From contig CAWHAZ010000005.1 in NCBI GenBank assembly GCA_963827475.1, positions 32,001-96,000 on the forward strand: DNA of 64,000 bases. The letters are read 5' to 3'. The notes beneath the pieces were generated by a model. That model made no database searches and was not told the DNA's origin. It saw only the letters and a list, made by a program, of their open reading frames with translations. Numbering within the stretch: the stretch's first letter is position 1; every line of letters begins with the position of its first letter. Below, in pieces: positions 60,296 to 64,000 of the stretch. Source of the DNA: an uncultured Chloroflexia bacterium. Lineage in GTDB: Bacteria > Chloroflexota > Limnocylindria > QHBO01. Made by a program: the position numbers and the translations under genes.

Positions 60296-62184
60296 ATGAC
60301 CACCTCGGAGCCCGACAGCTTCCTGGGTCGGGAGATCGCCGGCTACCAGATCGAGGAGATCATCGGCCGTGGCGGGATGGGCGTCGTGTACCGCGCCGAG
60401 CATCTCCGGCTCGGACGCAAGGTCGCGCTGAAGGTCGTCGCGCCGCAGATCGCCCGCGAGGAGAAGTTTCGCGAACGGTTCCTCCGCGAGTCGCGCACCG
60501 CCGGCACCCTGGACCATCCGAACGTCGTGCCGATGTACGACGCCGGCGAGGCCGATGGGGTCCTGTACATCGCGATGCGGTTCGTCGACGGGGTGGACCT
60601 CGCGACCCTGATCGCCCGCGACGGCCCGCTGGAGCCTGCCCGCACGGCGCGGATCGTGGCCCAGGTGGCGAGCGCGCTCGATGCCGCGCACGAGGCGGGC
60701 CTCGTCCACCGCGACGTGAAGCCGAGCAACGTCCTGCTGCCGGCTCGGGGAGCGGGGCGCGGGGAGCACGCCTACCTCGGTGACTTCGGGCTCACCAAAC
60801 GGGTCCTGTCCGAGTCGGGGGTCACCGGCTCCTCCGCGTTCCTCGGGACGATCGCCTACGTCGCTCCCGAGCAGATCGAGGGCCGCCCGGTGGACGCCCG
60901 GGCCGACGAGTACTCCCTCGCCTGCCTGACGTTTGAGTGCCTGACGGGTCGCCGGCCGTTCGAGCGGGAAACCGATATCGCGACCCTGTACGCCCATATC
61001 CGCGACCCGTTCCCGAGTGTCGGTGAAACGGTCGCGGCCGACGTCAGCCCCGCCGTGGACGCGATCCTGTCCCGGGCGGCCGCAAAGCAGCCGGCCGGCC
61101 GGTACGCCACCTGCGGCGAGATGGCCGACGAGCTGCTGCGGGTCACCGGTGCCTCGGCGCCCTCGACCGGGACCACGCCGGTCGTGGCGCCACCGCGCCC
61201 CGGAGGACGAAGGGGGCGCCGTGCGGTCATCGCCATTGGCGCGGCTGTCGGCCCTCGCGCTCGGCATCGCGGGGGTCGTCCTGTGGCAGAGCGTCCAGAC
61301 GCCGGGCCCGCTGTTTGCCGGAGCGGGGGTCGCGATGATCGATCCCGCCACGAACCGGGCGGAGGCGGCAGCCGAGCTGACCGACGACCCGACTGCCATC
61401 ACCGCCGACGCGAGCGCGGCGTGGGTTACCCACTTCACGGCCGGGACGGTGTCGCGGGTTGATGCCGCTGACCACGGCGTGTCCTCGATCACGGTCGGGA
61501 ACGCGCCGCGCGCGCTGGCCGCGGCGGAGCTGGAGGAAGGGCCCTCTGGTCTGGGTCGCGAACACGACCGACGAGACGCTGTCCGAGATCGATGCGGAGC
61601 AGCCGGACCAGCAGCCGGGTCCGTCGGCCCTCCTGTTTCGTCCCGGGGACATGGCCTACGGCGACGGGGTGATATGGATCATCGATGCGCTGAGGGAAAG
61701 CGTGGTCCCCGTTGACGCCGCGTCGCGGAGGGTGGGCGGTCCCATCGCCGTCGACGCCGGCCCCGAATTCGTGGCCGCGGGCGGCGGGGCCGTCTGGGTC
61801 TCGAACGCGATCGGCCGGAGCCTGAGCCGCGTCCCGGCCGGACTCACGGGCGCGGACCCGCCGATCGGACTTGATTTCACTCCCGGTGCCCTGGCGCTGG
61901 ACGTCGAGACCGATGCGCTATGGATCGTGGACGGTGACGGCGACTCCGTCGTGCGGTTCAACATTCGCACGCGCCAGGAGGAAGTCCGAATCGCGGTCGG
62001 CGCGCGCCCCGTGGCGATCGCCGTGGGCGCTGGCGCAATCTGGGTCGCGAACGCGGGGAGTGGCACTGTGTCACGGATCGACCCGGCCACCAACACGGTG
62101 GTGGCCACGATCACGATCGGTGGCGCTCTCCAGGACGTGGCCGTGTTCGGGACCACCGTCTGGGTCGCGGTGGCCGCGCCCTGA
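60296..62184 (+). CDS. Hanks-type Ser/Thr kinase with TM and extracellular YVTN-like beta-propeller (frameshifts near 61250 and 61545)
   Basis: GRGGMG, VALK, HRDVKPSN, DFG, YVAPE; repeats WVANAGSGTVSRIDPATNTVVATI. Confidence 0.88.
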
Positions 62185-62701
62185 GCCGCCAGCTCGCGAC
62201 CAGGGCGGCTGTCGGGGTCGCGGCCCTGCTCGTCGTCGGCTGTGCGGGAACGCCCCCCAGCCCAAGTGAGCCCGCGCCCTCGGGCGAGTCGCAGGCGGGG
62301 CGAACGGCATGCGAAGGGTTGGAGCTCCGCGACCCGGCTGGGGAGCCGGTGTTCCTGGGCGGCCGTTGGATTGGCAGCGGGGACCCCAACGCGCTGCCCG
62401 GCTCCTTCGGTCTTCCTCTTTCGCCAGACGAACAGCTGCCTGACCTGGGTCGGGCTGAGCGCCGAGGACGGAGAAGCGCTCGGAGCATCCTGGATCGAGG
62501 CGTTCATCGGGCAGATCCGGGCGGATTTCACCGTCGTCGGAGCCTGGGAGGACGTTCCGGAGGGCGGACGGGGCTCGTTGACCGCCGCGATAGAGTTCGT
62601 GCCGGTCGGAAACGACTACGAGGTGGAGATCACCCTCGCTGACTCGAGCGGCGACATTCACCGAACCAAGCACTGGGTGCGAGAGGACGCCGGAACCGTG
62701 A
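62181..62701 (+). CDS. Hypothetical lipoprotein (frameshifted, start uncertain)
   Basis: Lipobox-like LLVVGC after the kinase stop; GTGA overlap with the next gene. Confidence 0.4.
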
Positions 62702-64000
62702 GTTCCTACCGGATCATGAGCGCGGTACTGATCGCGCTCTTGGGCGCATGCCAGTCCGCCTCGCTGTCAGAGTCTCCTCAGCCACCAGAAGGATCGGCGG
62801 TGGCCGCCGACCAGGTGCTCCGGATGGCCTACGTCGAGGTGGGAACTCTCGACCCCACGCTGACCACAGATCCGAACCTATCGCTGCTCGTCCGCGGACT
62901 GACGTGGTTCGATGAGGATCTGCGCACGGTCCCGGCGCTGGCCGAGTCCTGGGATATCACCGAGGGTGGAACCCACATCACGTTTCATCTGCGGGAGGCG
63001 ACCTACAGCTCCGGCGAGCCCATTGTGGCTGGAGACTTCGTCTACAGCTGGAAACGCCTGATCGATCCTCGGAATGAGACCGCGGTCCCTTACCTGCTCG
63101 CCGATGTGGTTGGGGCGCCGGCGCTGCTGGCCTTCGACGATCCGACCGACGAGGAGATCGAGGCCCGCCTCGATGGTCTCGCAGTTACGGCTTCCGACGA
63201 CCGGACGCTCGAGGTCGCACTCAGCCGCCCGGCCGTCCACTTTCCCGCTGCCGTGGGCAACCCGGCCATGGCCCCGGTTCCGGAGCGATGGATCACCCAA
63301 CCAGGCGCGACCGAGGCTGGCGGCTTCTGGTCATCCGGCCCGTTTGTGCTGACCGAGTGGGTGCACGACCAACGGCGGACATTCGAGCCGAACCCGATGT
63401 GGTGGGGCGATCCGATCAGCCTCGACCGAATCGAGATGCAGGCGTACCCCTCGGAGGCGAGTGCGGTTGAGGCATTTCGAACTGAAGAGATCGACATCCT
63501 CGGCTTGGGCGCGATTTCGACGGACCCCGGACTCGCCGCGCAGACCGTGGAGACGCCGGGAGCGGCGTTCTTCCATATCGACTTCGACATGCAGCGGCCC
63601 GATAGCCCGCTGGTGCGAGAGCCGGACCCTGCGCGAGGCGCTGAGCCTGGCCGTGGACCGCGAGGAGCTCAATCGAGTCGTTGGATTCAGCGGGCCGGTC
63701 GCCACCAGCCCGATCCCGCCCGGCGTACCCGGGCATGACCCGGACCTGGAGTCGGTCTTCGATCCCGATGAAGCGCAGCGAACCTTCGCCCGGGCGCTCG
63801 ATGAGCTGGGGCTGAGTGGCCCGGACGAGTTGGATCTGACCTTCCTGCACGGGACGTTGGTCGGCGACGGCCCGCGGGCGCTCGACCAGCAGTGGCGCGA
63901 TGTCCTCGGCCTCGAAGTCGCCTTCACCGGGCTCGAGAGCGGACCAATTCCTCGAGCTGGTGGGAAGCCACCAGTACGACATGTTCTGGCTCCAATGGAT
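62698..64000 (+). CDS. Peptide ABC transporter substrate-binding lipoprotein (OppA-like), truncated by window, frameshift near 63630
   Basis: Lipobox LLGAC, TLDP, PALAESWDI, TFHLREATYSSGEPIVAGDFVYSWKRLIDP, SSGPFVLTEW. Confidence 0.85.

Noticed and set aside
62242-63738. Single 498-aa fusion ORF from the track
   Set aside because: An internal lipobox (LLGAC) and GTGA overlap at 62698-62701 indicate two genes joined by an indel

Overview
High-GC, densely coding bacterial chromosomal window. Gene content suggests a monoderm such as Chloroflexota or Actinomycetota (inference only). Many otherwise intact genes carry small frameshifts (glpX, purH, clpB, amidase, sixA, MFS, kinase, oppA), which looks like long-read assembly error rather than pseudogenisation. 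In order: HAD/glpX/purH; a small two-component stress island; a heat-shock operon (hsp20-hspR-lon-dnaJ-[inserted C39-like peptidase]-clpB); USP-trkA-trkA-moxR-DUF58-DUF4129; hpt; a liv ABC transporter; NYN RNase; holB, acyP, dGTPase; a multidomain amidase; tRNA-Arg(CCG) and tRNA-Asp(GTC); fabI/fabF; hmgA. The best candidate for an undescribed system is at about 54.4-59.2 kb. A 172-aa tandem-repeat protein, with cationic cassettes each bounded by an acidic D-D-T/V-E-G-H motif, is encoded with a cytoplasmic variant S8 protease, a stand-alone GAF protein, a Crp/Fnr regulator (two CRP-like boxes upstream of the repeat gene) and an MFS-cNMP fusion. A deacetylase, Ser/Thr kinase and OppA lie divergently. 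Other highlights are an orphan ~145-nt sRNA with GGG(UA) tracts, an endolysin-like gene with an internal in-frame start inside the heat-shock operon, and recurrent TAnnnT-N7-10-start promoters.
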